The notes: generated from the letters alone by a model not told the origin. A DNA stretch of 64,000 bases from Candidatus Saccharimonadota bacterium (GCA_025928155.1 JAICKC010000003.1:9069-73068), one strand, 5' to 3'; numbered from the stretch's first letter, positions 10,717-20,630 are shown. A program made the numbers and translations.

Positions 10717-11766
10717 ATGATCGCTGGACGCTACCATTTCAGCAGCCGTATGGAGTATTTTCAGGAGCTCACCGATTTTGCTCGACACGCTGGCAAAGGT
10801 GACCGAATGTCCGTAGCGACTATGGTGTTTACGGCCGAGGAGCCGGCCATTGGTGAGATGATATACGAGATGACGAATGCGGCGCGGCGCGGCGCACGCG
10901 TTATTCTATCGGTTGATGCGTTTAGTTTCTTGTTAGGCCAGCACTTGAAGCCGGGTCCACTATGGTTTGGCACCGAGCTTTCAGCACGTTCGCCGGAGCC
11001 GTTCGGCGAACGGTTCGCAGCACTCAAAACATTAGCCGAAGCGGGCGGTGCGTACGTCATTACTAACCGACCGAAGCGGCGATTCACCATTCCGCAGGCC
11101 GGACGCTCGCACATCAAATTCGCCGTGCTAAACGACCGCATCTACATCGGCGGCCACAACCTTGAAAGGCCGAGTGACATAGACGTAATGGCTCACTGGG
11201 ACGACCATGGGGCCGCGGATTACCTTCTTGGTTTTACCCAAGCAGTAGTGAAGACGGGCAGTCCGCGTATGGTGCTCCATGGGCACGACGTGCAGCGGCG
11301 TCTCAATGACGACACAACGCTGCTTATCGACGCTGGCACGCCGCGCCAATCGCTCATTCTGGACGAGGCATGGCAGCTCATCGACGAAGCCGAGGAGCGG
11401 CTGTTCATGACCTGTCAGTACTTTCCCGGCGGACGCACCGGCCAGCACCTCGCACGCGCCCTGCAGCGCGGCGTGCAGGTAACGCTGTATTATAGCCACC
11501 CTAGTGCTCAGGACAGCGAAGCGGCCGGACACCATCTGTATGCTCTGCGGGAGCGCCTCCGCTTGCCCGCCGAGCTCTTTACGCATCGGTTGCCGAAAAA
11601 CTACCCAAAGCTCCACGCTAAGGTGCTCGTGAGCGAAAAGGCTGCCATGCTCGGCAGTCATAACTACGTAGTGCAGGGTGTACGCCTCGGAACCTCCGAG
11701 ATCGCCTTGCTATCCAAAGATCCTGTATTCGGGCAGCAACTAGTTGAGTGTTTTTCGAACTTATAA
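10717..11766 (+). CDS. Phospholipase D superfamily protein
   Basis: Two HxK motifs (HIKFAVLND...GGHN and HAKVLVSE...GSHN). Confidence 0.8.
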   Translation: MIAGRYHFSSRMEYFQELTDFARHAGKGDRMSVATMVFTAEEPAIGEMIYEMTNAARRGARVILSVDAFSFLLGQHLKPGPLWFGTELSARSPEPFGERFAALKTLAEAGGAYVITNRPKRRFTIPQAGRSHIKFAVLNDRIYIGGHNLERPSDIDVMAHWDDHGAADYLLGFTQAVVKTGSPRMVLHGHDVQRRLNDDTTLLIDAGTPRQSLILDEAWQLIDEAEERLFMTCQYFPGGRTGQHLARALQRGVQVTLYYSHPSAQDSEAAGHHLYALRERLRLPAELFTHRLPKNYPKLHAKVLVSEKAAMLGSHNYVVQGVRLGTSEIALLSKDPVFGQQLVECFSNL

Positions 11767-11767
11767 A

Positions 11768-12563
11768 CAAACTGCGCACCGAGGAGCTGGAACTATCAGA
11801 CTATTTTGTAGGAATAAGAGAGAAAGAGAAGATTGAGCGGGTAGTAGGGACAGGAGTAGCGGCGATGAGTGCCGGAAGCATGACTACAAAAACCACAGGG
11901 GGGTTAGCAAGCAGCGCCGCCGGAGCGGATGGTAAAGAGCGTGTTACAGCTCACGAGGCGTCCGGAGACGGCTCGTCCATCCGCCCCTGCGGGCTGCCCG
12001 TACCGAGCTACTTGCCGGTGGCGGCCTGGTATCTGGCGATGACCTCGGCGGGAACGCGTCCGCGTTCCTTGATGTCGATGCCATTCTCATGGGCCCAGGC
12101 ACGGACCGCCACGGTGTCGACGGAGCTCGGCTTGCGGGTGGGGCGGCGCGGCGCACTGCCAACCTTGCGGGCGTGCTGGATGTAGTTCTTCAGGGCGTCG
12201 CGCAGCTCGTCGGCGTGGCGGGTGCTGAGGTCGATCTCGTACGGGGTGCCGTCGAGGCCAAACCGCACGGTCTCGTCCGCGGGACCCTCGTCGAGGTCGT
12301 CGACGAACAGGACCTGTACTTTCTGACTCATTGCTAATGGGTACCTCTCTGTGGGGGTTGACCTGGCAGCGCCGAGGTCCTTTTTTCCCTGATCTCAACC
12401 ATCGTTGGTTAGGACTGGGTTCGTAAGTTCGAGAAGACAACCCTAACAGGTTCTACTCAAACGTACCAAGCCAGTCCCGACACTAAACGGAGGGGAGATA
12501 ATTAGATACTCAATCTTCTCTTATTAAGGTGCAGGTTAGCGGTATAAGCCAACCAGCAAACTG
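11768..12563 (-). other. Predicted large structured transcript enclosing lsr2
   Basis: 14-bp perfect inverted repeat 11824-11837/12509-12522, second closing stem 11893-11910/12331-12354, several hairpins whose G-U pairs mostly favour the minus strand. Confidence 0.55.
12008..12331 (-). CDS. lsr2: Lsr2 family nucleoid-associated protein (actinobacterial type)
   Basis: VDDLD...ADETVRFGLDG..YEIDLS dimerisation domain; VRAWA..NG...RGRVP AT-hook domain; about 65-70% GC. Confidence 0.95.
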   Translation of the reverse strand: MSQKVQVLFVDDLDEGPADETVRFGLDGTPYEIDLSTRHADELRDALKNYIQHARKVGSAPRRPTRKPSSVDTVAVRAWAHENGIDIKERGRVPAEVIARYQAATGK

Positions 12564-12565
12564 AT

Positions 12566-12595
12566 ATTATACAATATATTATGCTATTAAGTCAA
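12566..12595 (-). promoter_or_regulatory. Sigma70-type promoter for the lsr2-containing transcript
   Basis: TTGACT-N18-TATAAT on the minus strand, about 235 nt upstream of the lsr2 ATG. Confidence 0.65.
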
Positions 12596-12597
12596 AA

Positions 12598-13320
12598 TTA
12601 TAGTAGCGACTCATCGATGTCGAAATTGACGTGAGCGTTGGTGACGTCATCAACCTCATCCAGAGCGTCCATGAGGCGCATGATTTTGCCGGCAGTATCT
12701 TTATCGGTAATTTCGATTACGGTGTTAGGTACGTAGCTGAGTTCGGCCTCAATAACTTCTACGCCAGCGTCGCGCAGCGCGTCGCGCACCTTAGCAAGAT
12801 CGCCCGCGGCTGTGTAGACCACACTCTCGTCACCCTCTTCTTGCACATCGTCGGCGCCGGCATCAAGCGCCTGGAGCATCAGCTCGTCACCTATCCCCTT
12901 CACGCGTATCACACCTTTGCGGTCAAATTGGAACGCCACCGCGCCCTTTTCGGCAATATTGCCACCATGTTTACTGAACGCCAATTTAACCATCGGGTAA
13001 GTACGGTTGATATTGTCGGTCGCAGCCTCTACCAAAATTGCCACGCCACCCGGACCGTAACCTTCGTACAGCACTTCTTGCAGTTGCGCCGCATCCTTGT
13101 CCTTTGCGCGGTCAATGCTGCGCTGGATATTGGCCATCGGCATGTTGGAAGCCTTGGCCTTATCAACGGCCAAACGCAACGCGAAGTTCGTCTCCGGGTC
13201 GGTGCCAGCGCGCGCCGCTATAGCAATATTGTTGCCGAGTTTCGTAAACAGCGCGCCGCGCGCCGCGTCTTTGGCGCCCTTTTCGCGCTTAATAGTCGAC
13301 CATTTGGAGTGTCCCGACAT
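12598..13320 (-). CDS. yebC: YebC/PmpR family protein
   Basis: MSGHSKWSTIK, YEGYGPGG, TDNINRT. Confidence 0.95.
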   Translation of the reverse strand: MSGHSKWSTIKREKGAKDAARGALFTKLGNNIAIAARAGTDPETNFALRLAVDKAKASNMPMANIQRSIDRAKDKDAAQLQEVLYEGYGPGGVAILVEAATDNINRTYPMVKLAFSKHGGNIAEKGAVAFQFDRKGVIRVKGIGDELMLQALDAGADDVQEEGDESVVYTAAGDLAKVRDALRDAGVEVIEAELSYVPNTVIEITDKDTAGKIMRLMDALDEVDDVTNAHVNFDIDESLL

Positions 13321-13473
13321 GTCCTAAATATTGCTCCTTTATATCTGTTATTCTAACAGATTTCTCCCGGATTTGAAATCGATATGGGAGCTTCCCAAAA
13401 TAGTACAGCGGAAATGAAAAACAGACTACCGGAGCGCAGGTTTTCGCTCGCACTGTGCGGTTTTGGAAGATCC

Positions 13474-13878
13474 CTACGCGGCGGGCTGGGAGGCGTTGTC
13501 AACCTCACGAATAAGTTTAATAAGCTCATCCGGCGTAGCCCAAGCCTTAAGCATGTAATGCATGGCGCCAAGTGAAAACGCTTCGTCAATTTCGTGCTGA
13601 TCGTCGTAGTTACTGAAGACAATGATTTTGGTCTCAGGGTAGTTGTCCTTGGGTTTCAGTTGTTTCAAAAATTCTATGCCGTCCATAACGGGCATGCGCA
13701 GGTCCAGCAGAATAATGTCCGGTTTCTCTTTAGTAAGCAGGTCCAGCGCTTCCTTGCCATTGTAGGCACGCAGCAATGAAATATTCGCTGCTGCCAGCAC
13801 GCGCGCGTATGCCTCATTGAGCAGCTGTTCATCCTCTACGATGAGCACTTGTAAGTCTTTGTCGTTCGTTTTTGCCAT
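13474..13878 (-). CDS. Single-domain response regulator
   Basis: IVEDE, LLDLRMPVMDG, YMLK; SD GAGGAG before the ATG at 13878. Confidence 0.9.
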   Translation of the reverse strand: MAKTNDKDLQVLIVEDEQLLNEAYARVLAAANISLLRAYNGKEALDLLTKEKPDIILLDLRMPVMDGIEFLKQLKPKDNYPETKIIVFSNYDDQHEIDEAFSLGAMHYMLKAWATPDELIKLIREVDNASQPAA

Positions 13879-13959
13879 AGCTACTCCTCTTGTACTGCCG
13901 ATTGGTCCATTATACGAATGGGGAGAGCGTTTGTACTGTAACCCAGTTCGCATATTTCT

Positions 13960-15609
13960 TCAGCCCTTTCTTCGGGCGTCTCCCTTTTTGATATTTTTAT
14001 TGTGCATGAGCGGCAGCGAAATGGCAAACGTCGTACCTTTGCCAATGCGTGACTCCACGTCCACGGTACCGTCATGCAGCCGGACAATTTCGGCCGTAAG
14101 ATACAGGCCGATGCCGCTCCCACCGGCCTCCACGCTCAAAGGGTTATGAATACGCGAAAATTTCACAAACAATTTGCCAATATCTTTTTTGCGAATGCCG
14201 ACGCCCGTGTCACTAACGCGCAAGACGGCATTCCCCCGTACCACCGTGAGCGTCATGCGGACGCTACCGCCTTTGGGTGTGTAAACGCTCGCGTTTTGTA
14301 CGACGTTTTCGATGGCCATACGCAGGTAGCTCAAATCGGCCGCAACGTACACCGGGTCGGCTGGCACGCGCACCGTAAAGGTATGTTCGCGCTGTTCGAA
14401 CACAGGCCGCATTTCAGCGGCAATACCTTGGACAAGCGAACGCAGGTCGAGCGGCATTAGGGCGACCACCAGCTTGCCAGTATCAACGCGCGCGGCGCTC
14501 AAAATTTGGTTGATGATCTGAATTTGCCGCTCATTGCCTTCAAACGCCTTTTCAAGTACGTCGTACTGCATTTCGGTTATGTCGCCCACATAGCCTTGCA
14601 GCATCATGCCGATATACTGCTTCACCGCTGTGGCAGGCGTGCGCAGCTGGTGGCTGGCCAGCGCCACGAACTCGTCCTTGCTGCGCGAGATAGCTTCGAG
14701 CTCCTCGTTGCGCTGCCGCAGGATGCGCGCCGCTTGGCGGTTCAGCCGGTCCTGCTGGCGCGCCAGCGCAACCTGGGCTTGGAGAGTTCGCTGCTCGGTC
14801 AGGTCAACCACTACGCCAGAAAACGTACCGTCTTCGCCCTTTTCTGGCTCGCCGCGAGCCAGAATCCAACGAATCGTTCCGTCTTGCATATACACTCGAC
14901 ACTCTTCCTCGAACAGCACATTTCGCTTCAGACTACGCTGCACGGCAGCAATTACGCGCGGCCGGTCATCCTTGTGCACGGACTCCAGAAACATATCAAT
15001 GGTGTAGGTATGGGCTAGTTCATCAGGCGTGAAAAATAGTTTTTTGAAGTTTTCGTCACCCGTAATCCTGCCATCTGTCGGATCGAAGACCCAGCTGCCA
15101 AGCTTGCCGATAGTGAGCGCGGCGCTCAACCGACTCTCCATTGCCTTAGTCTCCTCCGCAGCCTGCATTTCGTCCGTCACATCGTGGATGATGCACAATA
15201 TGTGACACACTTTGCCCGCAGTATCTCGTAGCGGTACGTAGGCGCCTTGCAGATAGACAGTGCGCTTTACACCGCCAACACCAAACACGGTACCTCGCAC
15301 CGCCTCAAGTCGATAAGAACGGCCGGTACGCATGACTTGCTGCAGGTGTTGCCGCAAGTCTTTGCCAGGCCCACTTTTGAATTGCTCGCCGGTATACGGC
15401 GGTACCGAAAAAAGCGGCCGGCCAATGGTATCGGCACGCGAAATCTGCATCATTTCCTCGCGCGCCTTATTTGCTTCTACAATCATGTAGTCGGGGTCAG
15501 ACGCTTCAAACAGCAAACAGGCGTCGGGTAAATCCCGAAACAGCCGCCAGTAATCAACGGTTTTTTGCCCATCCGCCACCGCCCTAGACCGCGACGTTTT
15601 CGAACTCAT
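13960..15609 (-). CDS. PAS-domain cytoplasmic sensor histidine kinase
   Basis: Two PAS-like regions, ASHQLRTP H-box, DTGVGI and GSGIGL boxes; start uncertain (15609 or 15630). Confidence 0.9.
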   Translation of the reverse strand: MSSKTSRSRAVADGQKTVDYWRLFRDLPDACLLFEASDPDYMIVEANKAREEMMQISRADTIGRPLFSVPPYTGEQFKSGPGKDLRQHLQQVMRTGRSYRLEAVRGTVFGVGGVKRTVYLQGAYVPLRDTAGKVCHILCIIHDVTDEMQAAEETKAMESRLSAALTIGKLGSWVFDPTDGRITGDENFKKLFFTPDELAHTYTIDMFLESVHKDDRPRVIAAVQRSLKRNVLFEEECRVYMQDGTIRWILARGEPEKGEDGTFSGVVVDLTEQRTLQAQVALARQQDRLNRQAARILRQRNEELEAISRSKDEFVALASHQLRTPATAVKQYIGMMLQGYVGDITEMQYDVLEKAFEGNERQIQIINQILSAARVDTGKLVVALMPLDLRSLVQGIAAEMRPVFEQREHTFTVRVPADPVYVAADLSYLRMAIENVVQNASVYTPKGGSVRMTLTVVRGNAVLRVSDTGVGIRKKDIGKLFVKFSRIHNPLSVEAGGSGIGLYLTAEIVRLHDGTVDVESRIGKGTTFAISLPLMHNKNIKKGDARRKG

Positions 15610-16261
15610 CGCTCCCTGTTGCGGCCACAAGCAACGACACGTTTACATAGTACGAAAAACGCTGGTAGCTTATGAGTTTTTTAGCCTTCAGTTTGTGCAG
15701 TTCTACGGCCGTAGTTTCGCGTGTCAAGCCGACCATTTCGGCGATGTCCTGGTGACTTAAGCGCAGGCAGATTTTCGTAAGGCCGTTGGCCTGCTTTTCA
15801 CCGAACCGCGCTACCAGATACTGTAAGATATACACGAGCTTTTCCTGTGCATGCGAATGTTCCAGCGCGTATATGTGCATGGTGGCGCTGATGTAGTGCG
15901 ACATGTAGGCCTGGAAGATCTGATCCTTAAGAACCGGGTCGGTTTCAAGCGCTGCCATAAATTCATTTTTGGGCAAATTGCGCACCGTGCAATCGGTGAG
16001 AGCTTCGTAGTAGTACAAACTCACGCGCGACATGCCAAATATACATTCCACCGGGAAAATATCGCCCGGGCTGAGTAATGTAACTGTGCGCTGGTCACCG
16101 CCATTGGTTATACCGTACACCTTTACGAGGCCGCTTTCCAACACCAACACGCCGCGCGGGACTTCGCCCTGGAACATAACGGTACGCTTCTTAGCGAACT
16201 GTCGTGTAACTCCCGCAGCCTTGAGCGCTCTCAATGTGTCAAGTCTTAGCCTCTCATCCAT
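15584..16261 (-). CDS. Crp/Fnr family transcriptional regulator
   Basis: cNMP-binding barrel (LESGLVKVY, PGDIF) and HTH LSHQDIAEMVGLTRET. Confidence 0.9.
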   Translation of the reverse strand: MDERLRLDTLRALKAAGVTRQFAKKRTVMFQGEVPRGVLVLESGLVKVYGITNGGDQRTVTLLSPGDIFPVECIFGMSRVSLYYYEALTDCTVRNLPKNEFMAALETDPVLKDQIFQAYMSHYISATMHIYALEHSHAQEKLVYILQYLVARFGEKQANGLTKICLRLSHQDIAEMVGLTRETTAVELHKLKAKKLISYQRFSYYVNVSLLVAATGSDEFENVAV

Positions 16262-16509
16262 ATCATCTTTAGTATAGCTTCGCCAGCATTAATTACCAGT
16301 GTTTTCCGTTGCTCTTCGGGCCTGAAGCGCAGCGTAGCTAAAATGGTGATGACGCCCGCTTAGCCGCGCTATCGCCAGCAGAACTGCCCACCCAGATAGC
16401 ATACAGCCATATCTATAGCTGACCGGTACTAGTTTTCGCAAAAATACGCGGTAAACCGCTGAGCAAGTGGACGATATTGAACGATAAGCGCGCCCCACGA
16501 ACGTAAACG

Positions 16510-18291
16510 CTAGGCACCCTGCGAAAGTACTAACGCTGTGCTAGGGGGCAACACAAATGTGCCGTTGCCTGACTGTACGTGTACATCCGGCACATGTATG
16601 CCTGCGAAATCCGGGCTGTATTTTTTGTCGCTGCTGCAAAAACGCACACGCCATGTGCCGCTCAGCGGAAAGCCTATGCTGTAATTCGTGAACGCGTGGC
16701 TGCCAAAATTTACCACCACTACCACGTCGTCTTTGCTGCCGCCATTTTGCCAGCGGTGATAGGCGATGACTTTGTCGTTTTCGTTGACGTGCAGCAGGTT
16801 AAACGAGCGGCCGCCTAGTCCCGCACTTGTACCGTGCAGGTTGCGGCGTAGCGCTATCAGGTCGCGGTAGGCGCTTACAATACCCTTAAAATCTTCGGCA
16901 TTTTGCCACTCCAGCCCCTCCCAGTCATTGAAGTTACCGCTCATCATAAACTCCTGGCCTTGCAGCAGCATGGGAATACCGGGAGCCGTTAGTAGCAGCG
17001 TAGCCGCGAGTAGTGACTGCTGACGTGCAAACTGTCCGTCCGCCTTGCCCGGTGCAATAGCTTCGTTAAACCGCGCGGAGCCGTTGGCCGCCGAGTCGTG
17101 CGAGTCTACAAACACGATTCGCTGCATCGCGTCACCGTTGTAGGTTAGGTTCAGTTCGCCGAGCACGCCCGCCAGATTGATTTGTGCTGGATCGCTCGCT
17201 TGCAACGCTTCGCGCAACGCGTGTGGAAAGCCAACTCCCCACTGCGCCGAAAACCCTGCACCACCCTCACCAGCGGGCTTGGTTATATAATGGTTGGCCC
17301 CTACATCCTCACCAACAGTGAATGTGGCGGGGTTAAGTTTATGTGCCACTTCGTTGACCTGCTGCAGCAAGTGCCAGCCGTCAGCCAGGTCAGTGTCGGG
17401 TGCGTCGTTATAGCCGTTCGCATTGCGGATAAAGATAGTCGAGTCCACGCGCAGCCCATCCACATGGCAGTCGTACATCCACATGCGCACGTTGTCCAGA
17501 ATGTAGTCACGCACTTCAGGCCGACCGTAATCCGGCCGCGTATCACCCCACGGCGTCTTGCTGCGCCAGTCGTTATAAAAATAAATACCGCCTTTACCAT
17601 CCTGCGACCAGCCGTCGAACTGCCAGATGTCGATATCCGCCGGGCCGAGATGGTTGTACACCACATCCAGAATGACCGATATGCCACGCTCGTGGGCCGC
17701 GTTGACAAACTCATGGAACTTGTATCGCCCACCGTACTGTGACTCTACCGTGTAGATATACATGGGCGTATACCCCCACCACTCGCGCTGCGGTGTCATT
17801 GTGCTGATGGGCATAAGCTCGATGGTGGTCACACCAAGTTTGTGCAGGTAATCGAGTTTGGTCGTGATATCCTCGAACGTACCAATAGTCGACGGATCCG
17901 GCCGGTAGAACGTACCGACGTGCATCTCGTATACCACCTGCCGCTCAGGCTCGACCGGCTTAAAATCCTGGTCGGTCCAGTCAAAGTGCTTGTCCACCAC
18001 CACCGAATTGCCGGCCGAAGTCGTCACCTGCAGTGCCCGCGGGTCGTTCTTAAATAAATGCTGGTCGCCGTTAGTAATGGCGTAACGATATTCCTGGCCA
18101 GCCTGCGCGCCCGCTACAAAGGTCGCCCAGTAGCCATCGCCCTCGCTCTCCATAGATTGCTGTTGCCAGTCGTTGAACGAACCGCTCACGGCCACGGCGT
18201 TAGCAAACGGCGCCCACACCCGGAAGCTCACCCCGTTCTTTTGCAGTACCGCGCCGACATCTTTTTTGTGGTGCCCACTCATTTCCCCCAT
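16510..18291 (-). CDS. GH13 alpha-glucan enzyme with N-terminal CBM48 (branching enzyme/TreZ-like)
   Basis: FRVWAPFA, YEMHVGTF, DVVYNH, LRVD, GED, SHD; start uncertain. Confidence 0.88.
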   Translation of the reverse strand: MGEMSGHHKKDVGAVLQKNGVSFRVWAPFANAVAVSGSFNDWQQQSMESEGDGYWATFVAGAQAGQEYRYAITNGDQHLFKNDPRALQVTTSAGNSVVVDKHFDWTDQDFKPVEPERQVVYEMHVGTFYRPDPSTIGTFEDITTKLDYLHKLGVTTIELMPISTMTPQREWWGYTPMYIYTVESQYGGRYKFHEFVNAAHERGISVILDVVYNHLGPADIDIWQFDGWSQDGKGGIYFYNDWRSKTPWGDTRPDYGRPEVRDYILDNVRMWMYDCHVDGLRVDSTIFIRNANGYNDAPDTDLADGWHLLQQVNEVAHKLNPATFTVGEDVGANHYITKPAGEGGAGFSAQWGVGFPHALREALQASDPAQINLAGVLGELNLTYNGDAMQRIVFVDSHDSAANGSARFNEAIAPGKADGQFARQQSLLAATLLLTAPGIPMLLQGQEFMMSGNFNDWEGLEWQNAEDFKGIVSAYRDLIALRRNLHGTSAGLGGRSFNLLHVNENDKVIAYHRWQNGGSKDDVVVVVNFGSHAFTNYSIGFPLSGTWRVRFCSSDKKYSPDFAGIHVPDVHVQSGNGTFVLPPSTALVLSQGA

Positions 18292-18397
18292 ATTATGCCC
18301 GAGGGCCACTCATAAGCGCAAGCGTGATGCTGAATCTACCGCTTTGACAGCATGTGCCCTATTTGCACGCTTTACAAAAAAGTTCTATGGTTAGAGC

Positions 18398-19183
18398 ATG
18401 AAGTGGCCCAGCTCGATTCGATTGATACGGCATGGGGAGTCGAAATATAACGCGCTGAGAGCCGCCAAAGCAGCCGACCCAGATTATCAGGACTTCCTGG
18501 CCTCCTACCACAACCGTAAAGAAGACCCCCGGACAGCTCGGACACTCGCCGAGGCGCTCATTTCCCACGGCGGCCTTATGCTCGGAACCAGCGACTACGA
18601 CACCGATATTACCGACCGCGGCAGATGGCAAGCCGAAGTCACGGGCGAAAAGTTACGCGAACGCGGCACGAAGCCGCCTGACATCATATTTGTTTCTCCG
18701 TATAAACGAACTACCGAGACGCTAGCCCATCTAGCGATTGGCTGGCCGGAGCTAAAAAGCGTGAGAACCGTAGAGGATGAGCGAGTACGCGAACAGGAGC
18801 ACGGGTTATCACTGCTATACAACGACTGGCGAATTTACCATGTAATGCACCCGGAGCAAGAACGACTCTATGAGCTAGAAGGCCCGTATTGGTACCGCTA
18901 CGCTCAGGGCGAGAACGTACCGGATATCCGAGAACGCTGGCGCTCTATGACCGGCACGTTTACGCGCGACTTTTCGGAGCAAGATGTACTCATAGTCACC
19001 CACCATTTGTCAATTCTTGCCTTTAGGGCAAACATGGAGCGCCTTGACCACCACGGCTTTACGCACCTTGACCGCACCCAGAAGCCGGTGAACTGTGGCG
19101 CAACTGACTACCTGGGCGACCCCACTCAGGGCAGCGATGGGCACCTAAGCCTCCATATGTACAACGAAAAGCTGTATGACTGA
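18398..19183 (+). CDS. Histidine phosphatase (phosphoglycerate mutase) family protein
   Basis: LIRHGES, SPYKRT, IVTH motifs. Confidence 0.9.
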   Translation: MKWPSSIRLIRHGESKYNALRAAKAADPDYQDFLASYHNRKEDPRTARTLAEALISHGGLMLGTSDYDTDITDRGRWQAEVTGEKLRERGTKPPDIIFVSPYKRTTETLAHLAIGWPELKSVRTVEDERVREQEHGLSLLYNDWRIYHVMHPEQERLYELEGPYWYRYAQGENVPDIRERWRSMTGTFTRDFSEQDVLIVTHHLSILAFRANMERLDHHGFTHLDRTQKPVNCGATDYLGDPTQGSDGHLSLHMYNEKLYD

Positions 19184-19225
19184 CCGACGTTACTAAGAAC
19201 GGACACCATACAGTACAATCAGAGC

Positions 19226-19828
19226 ATGCAGTATTGGATTATCGGAACGCTTATTTTGTCCCTTATTTCGCCCATTTTCTATACTAAGAGTATCCTCGCG
19301 CACAAGGCAAAACCTCACAAGGTTACCCGGCTGATCGTCTGGCTAGCCTCTATCGCCGGTATCTTGGCGGTTGTTCATTCGAACAATGGAGCGGGTAAGG
19401 TATTTGCCGGTATATTCTTGGCCCGCGCGACCTACCTTCTGGTATTGGCAATGCTATACGGCGTGGGCGGAGCGTCAAGGCTGGATCGCACTTGTTTAGT
19501 AATTGGCGTGCTGGCGTTGGGTATCTATGCGACAACTGGCAGCGGGTTACTGGCGCTATCGTGCGCGGTACTTTCGGACCTCATAGGGTATATACCGACC
19601 TTCGTTAAGACCTGGCGCGAACCGACCAGTGAAAGCGCAACGTTCTTTGCCATCGAAGGCCTCGCCGCGTTTTTAGGCGTGCTAGCGATCTGGCAGCTGA
19701 GGGTGGATATCATCTTGCCGGTATATTTCACGCTCTGCTGCGTCATTGTCGTGCTGCTTATTTATCGTAAGAGGATAGCGGGCGCCTTAAAGCTGCGCGG
19801 CGCAACGACACTTGATTCACCTCAGTAA
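19226..19828 (+). CDS. Hypothetical multi-pass membrane protein (likely paralog of 51827..52405)
   Basis: About 7 TMs; KPH..W and PTFVKTWREP motifs. Confidence 0.7.
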   Translation: MQYWIIGTLILSLISPIFYTKSILAHKAKPHKVTRLIVWLASIAGILAVVHSNNGAGKVFAGIFLARATYLLVLAMLYGVGGASRLDRTCLVIGVLALGIYATTGSGLLALSCAVLSDLIGYIPTFVKTWREPTSESATFFAIEGLAAFLGVLAIWQLRVDIILPVYFTLCCVIVVLLIYRKRIAGALKLRGATTLDSPQ

Positions 19829-19848
19829 AGTCGGCTTGTGGCGCGCGG

Positions 19849-20496
19849 TTAAAACAAATGCTTTGCCGCGAGCTCCGTCAACTCCTCCCGGACTACTACC
19901 AGCTCGGCGAAGTCAGGAAACTGCTGCTTAAGGTGTTCGGCCCGGGCTACAAAGTTGCTGCGCAGCTCCTCGGGGGTGATGTATGAGCGCAGCGTTGCTC
20001 CCCGGTCGGCGAAATGCACCAGTATAGGCGTCCATTTATCGATAATACGCACAAAACGTGCTTCCATAACTTCCTGCGCTTCATACTGAATAACGAGCTT
20101 TACGAAACTCGGTATACCAGCAAAGTCCTCCCTTAACCGGCGCAGCCCTGTCGCTTCACGCCTAGCTTTTTGCTTTAATTCTTCCCGGCTTAGGGTATGC
20201 GTGTTTGTGTCGCCCACATACGCCTCCGCGGCGTCGTGGATGGTCGCAAAGCGAGCCACTAGATTTGCGTCCAGGCCGGGATAATACAACTCGGCGATAG
20301 CCGGGGCGATTATAGCCAACATCGCGGAATGTTCAGCAACATTCTCAGCCCTCCCCGTTACATGTCGTACGAGTGTACGGTCTTCAAGAGCTAGGCGTGA
20401 TGAAAGTGCCGTCAGCTGAAGGGCAGTGTAGGCGATATCGGACATGTCAGGCAGTCTTGCGAGAAGCTGGAACGTCTGCGATATCGTGTTTTTCAT
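19849..20496 (-). CDS. HD-domain phosphohydrolase (YfbR-like)
   Basis: ENVAEHS, IHDAAEAYVGD, EARFVRIIDK. Confidence 0.85.
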   Translation of the reverse strand: MKNTISQTFQLLARLPDMSDIAYTALQLTALSSRLALEDRTLVRHVTGRAENVAEHSAMLAIIAPAIAELYYPGLDANLVARFATIHDAAEAYVGDTNTHTLSREELKQKARREATGLRRLREDFAGIPSFVKLVIQYEAQEVMEARFVRIIDKWTPILVHFADRGATLRSYITPEELRSNFVARAEHLKQQFPDFAELVVVREELTELAAKHLF

Positions 20497-20630
20497 AGGT
20501 AAATGATAGCAAACTCCTCTAAGAACGCACGGCTTTCTTTGTCGGATACCTTACAGATGCAGGGCTAGGGGCATATATACTCTACGGTGGACGTCACAAG
20601 ACGTCTACCCATCGCAGAAGGGAGCTACGT

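Noticed and set aside
11911..11997. Three-way junction as a hammerhead ribozyme
   Set aside because: No CUGANGA and GAAA core on either strand
11748..12185. 145-aa plus-strand ORF and 117-aa minus-strand ORF (12087..12440) overlapping lsr2
   Set aside because: Shadow frames of GC-rich DNA; lsr2 has clear motifs and an SD
11768..12563. Retron, self-splicing intron, MITE or tmRNA as the identity of the lsr2 element
   Set aside because: No reverse transcriptase or transposase in the window; no group I/II core motifs or tRNA-like ends recognised; the inverted repeats are internal, not terminal
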